Counted from the whole stretch's first letter, positions 27,800-39,963 are shown. The stretch is 63,919 nt of DNA, filler included, from Octopus bimaculoides (GCF_001194135.2; 5 parts of 5 records of this genome joined end to end with filler, not necessarily neighbours in it); one strand, 5' to 3'. Numbers and translations: made by a program. The notes: generated from the letters alone by a model not told the origin.

Positions 27800-29250
27800 C
27801 AATGAAGATGATAAGGGTGGTGGTGATGATGAAGAGGAGGAGATGGCGGAAGATGGGGAGGGGGGAAGAGGAAAATGAGGAGGGGAAGGAGGGGGAAAAT
27901 GAGGAGGAAAATGAGGAGAAGAAAAATGAGGAGGAGGAAAATGAGGAGGAGGAAGATGAGGGGGAAGATGAGAAGGAGAAAGATGAGGAGGAAGATGAGG
28001 AGGAGGAAGATGAGGAGGAGGAAGTTGAGGAGGAGGCAGATGAGGAGGAGGAAGATGAGGAGGAGGAAGATGGGGAGGAGGAAGATGGGGAGGAGGAAGC
28101 TGACGAGGAGGAAGCTGACGAGGAGGAAGCTGACGAGGAGGAAGTTGAGGAGGAGGAATATGAGGAGGAGGAAGATGAGGAGGAGGAATATGAGGAGGAG
28201 GAAAATGAGGAGGAGGAGGAGGAGGAGNNNNNNNNNNNNNNNNNNNNNNNNNNNNNNNNNNNNNNNNNNNNNNNNNNNNNNNNNNNNNNNNNNNNNNNNN
28301 NNNNNNNNNNNNNNNNNNNNNNNNNNNNNNNNNNNNNNNNNNNNNNNNNNNNNNNNNNNNNNNNNNNNNNNNNNNNNNNNNNNNNNNNNNNNNNNNNNNN
28401 NNNNNNNNNNNNNNNNNNNNNNNNNNNNNNNNNNNNNNNNNNNNNNNNNNNNNNNNNNNNNNNNNNNNNNNNNNNNNNNNNNNNNNNNNNNNNNNNNNNN
28501 NNNNNNNNNNNNNNNNNNNNNNNNNNNNNNNNNNNNNNNNNNNNNNNNNNNNNNNNNNNNNNNNNNNNNNNNNNNNNNNNNNNNNNNNNNNNNNNNNNNN
28601 NNNNNNNNNNNNNNNNNNNNNNNNNNNNNNNNNNNNNNNNNNNNNNNNNNNNNNNNNNNNNNNNNNNNNNNNNNNNNNNNNNNNNNNNNNNNNNNNNNNN
28701 NNNNNNNNNNNNNNNNNNNNNNNNNNNNNNNNNNNNNNNNNNNNNNNNNNNNNNNNNNNNNNNNNNNNNNNNNNNNNNNNNNNNNNNNNNNNNNNNNNNN
28801 NNNNNNNNNNNNNNNNNNNNNNNNNNNNNNNNNNNNNNNNNNNNNNNNNNNNNNNNNNNNNNNNNNNNNNNNNNNNNNNNNNNNNNNNNNNNNNNNNNNN
28901 NNNNNNNNNNNNNNGGAGGAAATGAGGAGGAGGAGGAGGAGGGGGAGGGGAGGAAAATGAGGTTGGGGAAAATGAGGAGGAGGAGGAGGGGGGCGAGGAA
29001 AATGAGGTTGGGGAAAATGAGGAGGAGGAGGAGGAGGGGGATGGGGAGGAAAATGAGGAGGAAAATGAGGAGGAGGAAGATGAAGAGGAGGAGGAAGATG
29101 AAGGGGAGGAAGATGATGATGATGAGGGTTGTAGTGATAATCATAATGATGATGACGATGATGATGATGATGAGGGTGGTGATGATGAGGATGATGGTGG
29201 TGGTGGTGGTGGTAATGATGATGAGGAGGAGGACGGTGATGAGGATGATG
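27800..29250. repeat. GAG/GAT-rich minisatellite (12-15-nt units) spanning an assembly gap
   Basis: Units such as GAGGAGGAGGAAGAT and GAGGAGGAAGCTGAC. N run 28228-28914. Confidence 0.85.
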
Positions 29251-29489
29251 TTAAGCAGGTGGAGGCGAAAATGACGCTGGAGATTGATAATGAATGATGA
29301 TCCATCGGTAACCAATAGTGAATATAATTTCGAGAGAAAATATCAAAAGTACAGAGGTGCAATCAGAGAGACAAACAAGCACAAATAAATAACCATTTCT
29401 CTTCGAAAATAAAAAAAAATAAAAAATTACATTGAATTGTGTATGCGTGCGCATGTACATATATATATGTGTATATATATATATATGTA

Positions 29490-29530
<41 letters not shown>

Positions 29531-29795
29531 ATACATACACATAGATAAAACATATATACATACATATACATATATATATATATATGNNNNNNNNNNNNNN
29601 NNNNNNNNNNNNNNNNNNNNNNNNNNNNNNNNNNNNNNNNNNNNNNNNNNNNNNNNNNNNNNNNNNNNNNNNNNNNNNNNNNNNNNNNNNNNNNNNNNNN
29701 NNNNNNNNNNNNNNNNNNNNNNNNNNNNNNNNNNNNNNNNNNNNNNNNNNNNTACATACATGTATACATAAATATCTGTGTGTGTGTGTGTGCGC

Positions 29796-29865
<70 letters not shown>

Positions 29866-30783
29866 ATAAGCCGCTAAGAATGAATTCGTATATCAGTGTC
29901 TATGCTTATCTGAAACCGTATGAGCTATGTGCCCACACATCTCGTTGTGCTTGTATATATATATATATGGGGTGGGGGGGAGTGAGAAGGTGTGTGTTTA
30001 TAAGTGTTATGAGATAGACATATATGTAGTTTACAAAGCTTAAGTCAAATCAATATATTTACTTTCCCGAATCTTATCATGTTAGCAAGAAAGCAAAGCT
30101 ATTTCCGACTTTTGAAGTGGCTGCGAATATATATCTCCGCCATAGTAATAAACAAAACTGAAAATACATCAAGATAAAAATAACTTCATGCAAATAACAT
30201 AGATGTATGTAATAAAATTGCAGCAACTTCGCAAACATTGTAATTTCTATATAGATATAAACAAAATGATTTACCATATGTATATATAAATATAGATACA
30301 TAAATATATGAGTTAGCACACGTATATATCGAAAAAAATACATAATTATCTCTCTCTCTCCCGCTTCATATCTCTCTAAATGTATATATATATATGTATG
30401 TATACTTGTATGCACGTATGTATGTATGTGTGTATGTATGTATGTATGTATGTGTGTACATATAAGTGTGTATTATGTATGTTAATAAGTAAGTACGTAT
30501 GCAATATATATTAATGGTAATCACAAATTTTTCCTTGATACAACACCAATGCCTTCGTAGTGTCTTTGCTTTGGCGAAGAACTCGGAGAAATACGGACGA
30601 ATATATTTTTTTTCAAATATTTCACGTTTAAATGTAATGATAGATTAATGGAAGAAAATACATGCCAAAGAATCTTATGAATATATATAAATGTGTGTGA
30701 GTGTGCACACACACGCATGTATATGCATGCAGAAGTACATATATATATATATATATTTATTTATATATATATATATATATATC

Positions 30784-30851
<68 letters not shown>

Positions 30852-30957
30852 CACTTTATTTAAAAGCAGCAGAAATATAACAAAAAACTGTTACTGTAGT
30901 TTCACGTTCCCGTTCATCGGACAGTTTTGATTTGGGTAACAAAACTGCTTCTGTAGT

Positions 30958-31368
30958 ATTCACCCTTAGTGGTTAACCGCATTTTAAGTGGCAAATATAC
31001 TTCATGTTGTCGTGCAGCTACTGTTTATACATCGTTCAGAGATTTATTATTGCTTGTTAACACTTTTTCGAGATCAGTGAATTTTCGTCACTGGAAAAAG
31101 GATATATGTGTTTGTATCGGAAATCCTTCGCATCGAAGATCGGTGATTGACGTGCGCTGACGAAGGATAAATACGCGGAAACCCAGGTCCGTGCGTATCA
31201 CGTCAGATCGACGATGGGAAGGATGACGTCCCTTTGCAAATACTGATAGGGCACAGAAAGTGTGTCAATAACCAGCTGGAGGAGATGTTCTCCTGGAGCT
31301 ACAAGCTACAGAAGCATTCACCCTTAGTGGTTAGCCGCATTTAAGTGGCAAATATACTTCACGCTATA
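30958..31368 (+). repeat. 358-bp tandem unit (one full copy plus the start of a second, cut by a gap) carrying a type I hammerhead; retrozyme/pLTR-like
   Basis: ATTCACCCTTAGTGGTT(A/A)...GGCAAATATACTTCA occurs at 30958-31004 and again at 31316-31361; the second copy runs into N at 31369. Confidence 0.75.
31143..31201 (+). ncRNA. Type I hammerhead ribozyme motif
   Basis: CTGACGA 31157-31163, GAAA 31178-31181, stem III AC-CCAG-GT, C17 at 31189. Stem I ACGTGCG/CGTGCGT extends via GTGAT/ATCAC. Stem II is poorly paired in this copy. Confidence 0.65.
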
Positions 31369-31440
31369 NNNNNNNNNNTGATAGATCGGTAACCACTAAA
31401 CCTTTTTTTTTTCATTTTCTCTCTCTGTTTATTTCTGTTT

Positions 31441-31477
31441 ATTTCTGTCGAAGAGCGTAGGCTCGAAACGTAAAAGA
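31441..31477 (+). ncRNA. Minimal hammerhead-like motif with CTGTCGA core variant
   Basis: CTGTCGA-A, stem II GAGC/GCTC with GTAG loop, GAAA, palindromic ACGT helix III, A17, TTT/AAA stem I. Confidence 0.6.
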
Positions 31478-31560
31478 ATTTCTCACTTTCCGAGCGTTAA
31501 TAATACATCTGTTTGTTTTCTACACACCCGTCTTCGTCTTTGTTTTTTGTGAACTCTCAC

Positions 31561-31616
<56 letters not shown>

Positions 31617-31803
31617 TACATATACGCACACATATATATGTATACAGATTGCACATATATACACATGCACATACATACAAATATACTTATATATACATAT
31701 ACACATACAGACACACATATATATATACACACATACATGCACACACACATACATGCACACACATACACACACGTATATATATATACGTACACCACCATAC
31801 ACC

Positions 31804-31836
<33 letters not shown>

Positions 31837-33639
31837 GTATACATTCATTCACATACACCCACCCACATACACTAACTTCTGTAAGTATCGCACATACACA
31901 CCTACATACACAGCCTTTTATATAAAGAAATAACGTTTTGTTTCCGTTTCTTTGTGTCTGTGTTTATCGCCTACTACTACTTGTTAACCAGTGTGGGGGT
32001 GTTTACGTCCTCGTAAGTTAACGTTTCGGCAAAAGACACAGATAGAATAAGTACCAATCATAAAATAAAAAAAGAACTGGGATCGCACTGTTAGACAAAA
32101 ATTCTTCAAGGCGGTACCCCAGCATGGCCGCAGTCTAATGACTGAAACGAGTAAAGGATTAACTTTCCTGAAAATCGATGAAGTATCCATATTAAACTGT
32201 TCGATACGATGACCCTATATCAAGTTATACACCTCAGATTAACTACACATATTCTATATTTCTATTTTTCCTAGATAACGTACTTTATTTATGCCACATT
32301 TTCATCTAATTTTTCTGCGTTGATTACTCATTAATTAATATTTTTTAAATCAAAGTAGCTTAAAGCATTTGAGTATAAGAAAAACTAAATTCTACATCTT
32401 TAGCGAATAATTTGTAATGGTTTCTGATTTGAACACGAATCCAGCAATTTTGAATGGAATAAGTTAGTCGTTTCTATCGACTGTATTACTTAACTGGCAC
32501 ATTATTTTATCGATCCCGAAAAGACAAAAAGCAACTTGCCTTCAGCTGGATTTGAACTCCGAGCATAAGGAACCGAAAGACCTGCTGCCAAGCATTTTGC
32601 CAATCCCCTACTCATTCCGACTCACTTAAAAATAGTTCCAGAGTTTGAAACAATGTCAGCTAGTTTAAGGGTAATTTTTGGCTGATTAACTGATAGTTTA
32701 TTTTATCGAACCTGCAAGGATAAACAGAAAAGCTGATCTCGTTCGCAATTGACACAGACATACTCAGATATGCACACACAAGGAGACAGCGATCCACACA
32801 CATACATATGCAAACACACACACACACACACACAAAAAAAAACAAAACAGAAACACACAAACACGAGCATACAAACTCATGAATATGTAGAATACATACA
32901 TACAAACGTACACACATACATAGCTATATACATACACACACACACATACAAGCATACACACACTTACATGCATGTATACATACATACATGTGTATGCGTG
33001 CACACACTGACCCACAGACACGCGCATAAACAAACAAAAAAAACGCATCTCGTATAACGGGCCATTGAAAAGGTTGCAAGTCTCAACGGAAATTTTAGGA
33101 AAAATAAATAAGTAAATGAGTGGAAACTTGACCGGTGAGTGTGTTAAATTATAAGGTATTAAAAGAGAATGGCTCTCCCCAGACACAACAAGATATTTAA
33201 AGGAAGTTTATTCAGAATTCAGTGCAGCGCTACGTTACTCATTTTCTCAGGACAATGACAACAAAATTTCACGCCGACATTTTTTTTGAAAGACAGGTAT
33301 GACACTAAAACTACCCTTTTTAAAATATATAATTGTTTACCTAAATTGTTTACCTACTGCAAATACTACTTCTACGCCGACGATAAAAACTACGGCGAAC
33401 GAAGACGAAAGGAATTAAATGTTTACAAGAAAGGAATTAACCCAAACAATGGACTATTCAAAACATATACACTCACTCGAAAAATAAACACTTTGTTTTA
33501 CAAGAGAATATGAATGGCTGTCACCAGAGGAGAACGTCAATGGTTGTCACCACAAAAGAACGTCGATAAGCACTCACCAGACAAAACACTGCCTCCATCA
33601 TGATGTTTCATGTTTAATGTACATCAGATAACTATGATG

Positions 33640-34260
33640 ACTGAGACGGCTTCCGAAGAGCCACATCATTTAGATTTCTATCTCCAGTTCATTGTATTCA
33701 TTTAGATTTTGAAACATTTTTATCGATATATTGTTGGCTGGTGGTTTACTAATTAATTTGCTGGTCTTATCTTTTGTGTCTTTGATGACGGCAATACGAC
33801 GTATTTCCTCGAATTTCCTGGTCTGTGTTGACTGCTAAATTCCAAAGAACTGTCACATTATTTCCTTCCTTGACTGGCTCTGGCTAGTATTCAAGCCATT
33901 AGATGTCTGCTTTCTATTATTTTTTTTCTTCTAATGCAAGAATTGGCTTACTCTGTTATAGCGAACCGATACTCATTTGGTTATCAGGGCTGAGCAACAT
34001 GAGATGCATGTAGTTTTTCTTGCATTTTTTCCCTGTAAATTAGTTGTAATGTCTGTAGCTTTTAGGTCTGCATCATTTTCCCTTTTTCGTTCATAGGCTT
34101 GGTTGTTTACGGCATACGAACTTTAGGCTTCTGTTCCTGCTTCCATACCTGAACTCATCAGTAATTTACGAGTTGTGTTTTATGAATTATAGCAGCATCT
34201 CTATTGCATTGTGCATATTGTCCAAACGCACGCTATTGTTTTTGATGTCTATCCGAATTT
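33640..34260 (-). mobile_element. Dong/R4-like (restriction-like endonuclease) non-LTR retrotransposon 3' relic
   Basis: EPVKEGNNVTVLWNLAVNTDQEIRGN / IAVIKD...PANNISIKMFQNLNEYNELEIEI*MMWL matches the RLE region (V.EN....LWD..I.TD..I..NRPDIVI.D...K..KY..L..EI..MW). Bordered by (TTA)n at 34270-34327. Confidence 0.7.
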
Positions 34261-34266
34261 TTGTTG

Positions 34267-34328
<62 letters not shown>

Positions 34329-34330
34329 AT

Positions 34331-34661
34331 ATATAGGACAGAGGTAACTCCTCCAAAAGATATAGATGCAAAAATAGAAGAGTGCCATTGTTATCACGTG
34401 AACGATATTTCGAAATCTTGTGCGTCTTCAATGGGTTCAAAAAATAAATTTTCAATCTACTTCATTTTGGTTAATATAGAAATGATTGAGGTAACTCCTC
34501 CTGAAGATATAGATTCGAAATTAAAAGAAGAGTGCCATTGTCATCTAGTGAACGATATTTTGACATCTCGTGTATCTTCAACGGGTTCAAAAAATAAATT
34601 TGTCAATCTACTTCATTTTGGTTAATATAGAAAGAATTTCAGGAGGTGTTACCTCAATTTC
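34331..34661 (+). repeat. Two 147-bp tandem units with degenerate hammerhead cores plus an inverted partial unit (Penelope pLTR-like)
   Basis: GAGGTAACTCCTCC at 34341 and 34488. Copy 2 has CTGAAGA (34501) and GAAA (34517). 34639-34661 is the reverse complement of 34479-34504. Confidence 0.7.
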
Positions 34662-34995
34662 TAGTTTAAATATGAAGGTAGTGACCCTAGAGTAATATTT
34701 ACTAAAAGGCTTGTTCTAGAAACTATGCCATAAATTAAATGATTTGCACTGGCTTCCCGTACTTCCAAGCACCTTGCAACGTTATTGTATACTTCCATAC
34801 TATAGTGAGCCATAATTTTTCTATCTTTAAACTGGATCAATAGTTCCGTCTGTGAAAATTATTGGCTACTTCCATATATTTCTCGTCAGGCATGACTGAT
34901 TGTGACATCAGTGACACCAATAGTTCAGCAGACTGCAGGCGCTCCAGTGCTGTTCTTATTGTATTGACAATAGTTGTATCGTAAACGTAGCTACT
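34659..34995 (-). pseudogene. Possible decayed Penelope-like GIY-YIG C-terminus
   Basis: IVNTIRTALERLQ resembles IG.T.R.L.ERL. After a frameshift the frame ends SLLVNITLGSLPSYLN*, immediately followed by the inverted pLTR-like unit. Confidence 0.3.
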
Positions 34996-36207
34996 CTAAA
35001 AATAATCCGTAAGTTAAAGGACTGTCAAATGAAGAGATATATTTCACTTTACTCAAAATATACGCAACTTTCTCGCAGTAAAAAAAGTTCGACAAAATTT
35101 TTCTTGTTTTTTTTTGTTAAATCTTTATTGAAAAAGTTCCTTGTTTCTTTCCCTGAGACAACCGTTTCTTTGCAAAAAGAATGAATACAAACCACCTTTA
35201 TATATTTAAAATCATAGCTCTTTCTAGCCTATCTTCTATTCCATATAGAAGCTGTGGAAAGAGTCTAAGTACAGCGCATTGTCAAACATATAACTCTGTA
35301 ACAGCTCACGTTGTAAGACTCGGCTATACCAGAGTCCTTCTCATCGCACTATTTATTGGGTTAATGCATGTCCATGTCCATGTCCAAAAGAGCGTCTACC
35401 ACCAAATTGGGCCTTAGAATAACAATGCATCAAATTTGTGAATGTAAATAGACATTTTAATATTTGATATTTACCTCATGCTCTAACGGCTTTCAGTGGT
35501 AGACAAATCCCCATTCGCTATGGTTCCATAACATAACGAATAATGTTCTTAAATCTAGTATCTGTTTTATTTTTTGTTACGTAAATTGAAATTGTCAAAA
35601 TAAAAAAAAACTGCTCTGTTTAACACACGTAGAGTGTATTGAAATGTAAAACATTTCTAGTGGTTATCCAGTGCGACTTCTCTTTTACACAAAATTTTTT
35701 GTGAGCCATATATACATATATATNNNNNNNNNNNNNNNNNNNNNNNNNNNNNNNNNNNNNNNNNNNNNNNNNNNNNNNNNNNNNNNNNNNNNNNNNNNNN
35801 NNNNNNNNNNNNNNNNNNNNNNNNNNNNNNNNNNNNNNNNNNNNNNNNNNNNNNNNNNNNNNNNNNNTATATATATATATATTGATTATGCACACTCTGG
35901 CAACAAATGAAGAAGTTAACATTCTATTCCATTAACTAATATTTTCATTACAATATCAAAGTAACCAACCTGATAAATTGTTATTATTGCAATAAATTAT
36001 GGAAACTGAAAGGTTTATATTTTTCTATAAAAACATCGCTTTTTTTTATATATAAAACGGAATTTATTATCGTCAAATGCATTAAAATGTCTATGAAATT
36101 TTAAATTGCACACACATAATGGATTTAATTGCTTGGTTTAATAAGCCTGATGTTCAAAAATATGAATTACTCTTGTAAAATAAATAATTATTTTTGTTTG
36201 TCTTTAG

Positions 36208-36392
36208 GTTAATTCTAAACCAGAAGTTGTAGCATGTCGAAAAGTTCAACTGGTGAAATGGAGAAGAGAAAACCTGTTGTTTCAAGTTCCCGTCCTTCGA
36301 TAGGGAGTGGAAGAATTCGAAGGAGTTATTTATTTTGTCAGGACATCCCCAACCAATATACTAAACAAAAGAATTATATTTTGTTAGTGTAG
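36208..36392 (+). other. Candidate orphan exon with short ORF (52 aa unspliced)
   Basis: Acceptor tttttgtttgtctttag|, ATG at 36234, ORF MSKSSTGEMEKRKPVVSSSRPSIGSGRIRRSYLFCQDIPNQYTKQKNYILLV*, possible donor |gttagt at 36383. No family recognised. Confidence 0.2.
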
Positions 36393-37444
36393 ATAGTGCA
36401 ATTTGAAATTTAGCCTGGTTATTAAATGTAATATGGGTCTTGATTTTTATATTCCTTCCTCTTTATTCACTTCTCTACAATGAATTTCGCGGTGTATTTG
36501 AAGAAAACAGAACTATTAACAGTAAAATATACTATCTGTTTCCATAATGTATCCCTAAAATACAAACTACTTTAATAGTTAGGTTGGGTTTGCTGTGTTA
36601 GTGAAAAGATAAATTGATGAAGTTGAAACAGCAGTAGGTGTCTGCCTATAGATACTTCATAGTTAATACATTTGGTATATCATAATTTTATTATTTTTAC
36701 TATTTCAGCACAGATTTACTAACTGATATCAGCATAAACCCATGCATACTATACTGACTTTGAATCTTTTATATCATATCTAGAAAAATGGATGCATGTT
36801 TTTAATGTGAAAACTAATTATTGATTACAAACTAAGGAAATGAGAGCATGTGTTTTGCAAATGTATTATTACAATTTTTATTTTTATTTTATTTTCAATT
36901 TCCTCGGATTCAATGTATCTAAGCCACATGGTCTCTTCTTCAAATGTATATACTTTATAAATATTCTGTGACACTCGGAGATTTGTATTCTGTGGAAGAT
37001 GTAAAGGTAATCAAATGCGTGATATTCCCCTACTGATCATACACTTATCACACGCTCTCAAGTAGTTGGATATTATCTACACCAGGAATTTTTTGTGTTA
37101 TGTAATTTGGTGTCTGTGATAATTCTTTATATATATATATTTATATATATATATNNNNNNNNNNNNNNNNNNNNNNNNNNNNNNNNNNNNNNNNNNNNNN
37201 NNNNNNNNNNNNNNNNNNNNNNNNNNNNNNNNNNNNNNNNNNNNNNNNNNNNNNNNNNNNNNNNNNNNNNNNNNNNNNNNNNNNNNNNNNNNNNNNNNNN
37301 NNNNNNNNNNNNNNNNNNNNNNNNNNNNNNNNNNNNNNNNNNNNNNNNNNNNNNNNNNNNNNNNNNNNNNNNNNNNNGAGCCCCTCATATTCTTATGTAT
37401 ATGTATATATGAATGGGTATGTGGATAAATAAATAATATATATA

Positions 37445-38000
37445 TTCTGTAAATAATAATAATAATATATTATAAGCTTAAAGCTTATAGCGATCACCGC
37501 GCAATGACTAAAGAAAATAGTCTAATAATGGGGCATATAAGCCCTCGACAGAAAAAAGTAGGCTTTCCGCGTATGATTTGAACCCACACCTTTTGTTTAC
37601 ACGACCACGTGTGATACCGATTACACCAGCGAACCTACCTGCTTTTTCTATCAGATTTAAGAAGTATAATTAGTTCGTACTTGTTTTTGTAAACACATAT
37701 TAATGTGCTTTTACTGCAAATGGTTTTCTTCAGCACTGTCGATATTTACAATTCTGTATATAATAATAATAGTATTTTATAAGCTTAAAGCTTTTAAGCG
37801 ATCACCGCGCAATGACTAAATAAAATAGTCTAATAATAGGGCATATAAACCCTTGACAGAAAGAAGTAGGTGTTCCCGTATGTGTGGGACTCGAACCCAT
37901 ACCTCTTTGTTTATGCGATCAAGTGTGCTACCGATTATACCAGCGTACCTACCTACATTTTCTGTCAGATTTAAGAACTATAGTTAGTTCATAATTCTTT
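37445..38000 (-). repeat. 307-bp tandem duplication containing a tRNA-like segment enclosed by inverted repeats, with (ATT)n tail
   Basis: AAGCTTAAAGCTT at 37474 and 37781. Minus-strand A box GCTGGTATAATCGG and B box GGGTTCGAGTCCC. Inverted repeat arms 37854-37871 and 37951-37967. Confidence 0.8.
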
Positions 38001-38516
38001 TAGTGTATATATATATATGTATATATATATATGTATATATATGTGCAGTAGAGGACACTTGCCCAATGTGCCACGTAGTGGGACTGATCTCGTACTATGT
38101 AGTTGAGAAGAAAGCTTCTTACCACACAAGTCAACAGTATGTATTGTTGAATGAAAGCAAATAATCTCGTATGATAGTCATACAGAATCTAAGCAGAAGT
38201 AACGTTACATTTGCTCAACTGTTCTCTGTATGGTTTAATTAACTTCTGTTTATATAGAAAAAATTAAAGTGTCGTCAAACATGATGTGTTTAAGTGCACT
38301 AATTAATCCCAAAGTTATCAGTTCAGACTATTTTTATTCTTGTCTTTAATTATATAGTTGTTTTAACGATTGTAGAGAATTTGTAACAAATATTCGCTGC
38401 TATATTCGGCTGCTCAAATTAGACACATATGTACATACTTACATACACACACATACATACATGAGAATACATACATAAAACATACAAATCTGCACATACA
38501 TACATATATAAATACA

Positions 38517-38549
<33 letters not shown>

Positions 38550-38611
38550 GCATACATACATACATACATACATACATACATACATACATACATACAAACA
38601 AACAAACAAAA

Positions 38612-38870
38612 ATATCCTATTGTTGATGTTGAAATTCCAATGAAGGAAAGATAGATCTAGGTTAGGAACCGATTCTTTCTTTATTGGCAAGAAATCAGGA
38701 AATGCACTGAATAATGACATACATACATATATACATAAAAAATACCGTATTGTTGATGTTGAAATTCCAATGATGGAACGTTGAATCTAGGTTAGAAACC
38801 AGTTCTTTCTCTATTGGACAGAAATCTTGAAATAAACTGACTAATGACACACATACACACATACATACAT
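38612..38870 (+). repeat. 130-bp tandem duplication ending in (CATA)n
   Basis: TATTGTTGATGTTGAAATTCCAATGA at 38618 and 38748, embedded in a (CATA)n array. Confidence 0.85.
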
Positions 38871-38944
38871 ATCAGCGAAAAACAAAATACCTACGCTGAA
38901 CAATTCATATATCTACAGTTACTCTAGACAGATTACTACTCTGT

Positions 38945-39358
38945 TTTACTCTTTTACTTGTTCAGTCATTTGACTGCGGCCATGCTGGAGCACCGCCTTT
39001 AGTCGAGCAAATCGACCCCAGGACTTATTCTTTGTAAGCCTAGTACTTATTCTATCGGTCTCTTTTTGCCGAACCGCTAAATTACGGGGACGTAAACACA
39101 TCAGCATGGGTTGTCAAGCGATGTTTGGGGGACAAACACAAACACACAAACATATACACACACATAAATATATATATATATATACATATATACGACGGGA
39201 TTCTTTCAGTTTCCGTCTATCAAATTCACTCACAAGGCTTTGGTTGGCCCGAGGCTATAGTAGAGGACACTTGCCCAAAGTGCCACGCAGTGGGACTGAA
39301 CCCGGAACCATGCAGTTCATAAGCAAGCTACTTACCACACAGCTACTCCTACGCCTGT
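38945..39358 (-). mobile_element. Full-length family A SINE
   Basis: Reverse complement of 26466-26880 along its whole length. Confidence 0.9.
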
Positions 39359-39645
39359 AGTTTAGGTTTATACTTGAATTAATTGTGCAAAGAGATATAT
39401 AATACAACCTAACTACCATTCTTGAGAAATTAGGCTTATCAATACCAGAAAAGAAAAAGTTGATTCGAAGACTAAATATCCAATCCATTACAGGAAGTAT
39501 AATCATTTGTAGAACTTTCCAGAAGTTTATCATTATATATGTGCATGTGTAGATGTGCAACTATATGCGTGCAAATACATACATAAAACTAAGCATTTAA
39601 ATTTGCACATGCACTGACTCCAAATACTACAAATATTCACACACA

Positions 39646-39963
39646 TACGAAGGTGAGTCAAAAAGTAATGCCATTTTGTTTAGGACAGGTATAATTACCA
39701 ACACAGGAACATGTATCATGCATCAAAATGAAACTGGTCCTCTGAGGATCACATCCCTACTTCGCAACACAATCACCGTTTCTCTCAATTTCAATGTTCC
39801 ACCTTCGAATGAGAGCATGTATCCCTGCCCCGTAAAATTCTGTTGACTGTTCTTTGAGCCACTTCTTCACTACAGTTTTCACTTCCTCATCACTGGAATA
39901 ATGCTGGCCTCTCAAACCCTCTTTCATGGGGCCGAAGAGATGATAGTCTGAAGGCGCTAAATT
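39646..39963 (-). mobile_element. Mariner 3' fragment with terminal repeat and TA (second mariner family)
   Basis: 39960-39757 translates LAPSDYHLFGPMKEGLRGQHYSSDEEVKTVVKKWLKEQSTEFYGAGIHALIRRWNIEIERNGDCVAK*. End sequence TA|CGAAGGTGAGTCAAAAAGT. Confidence 0.92.

Noticed and set aside
27766-29274. 502-aa Glu-rich ORF
   Set aside because: Trinucleotide-derived minisatellite spanning a 687-N gap, open in several frames on both strands, with no supporting splice context.
34659-34995. Alternative reading as a TIR domain
   Set aside because: Lacks the conserved WC.(F/Y)E motif and the spacing does not fit; the pLTR-adjacent position favours a PLE relic or noise.
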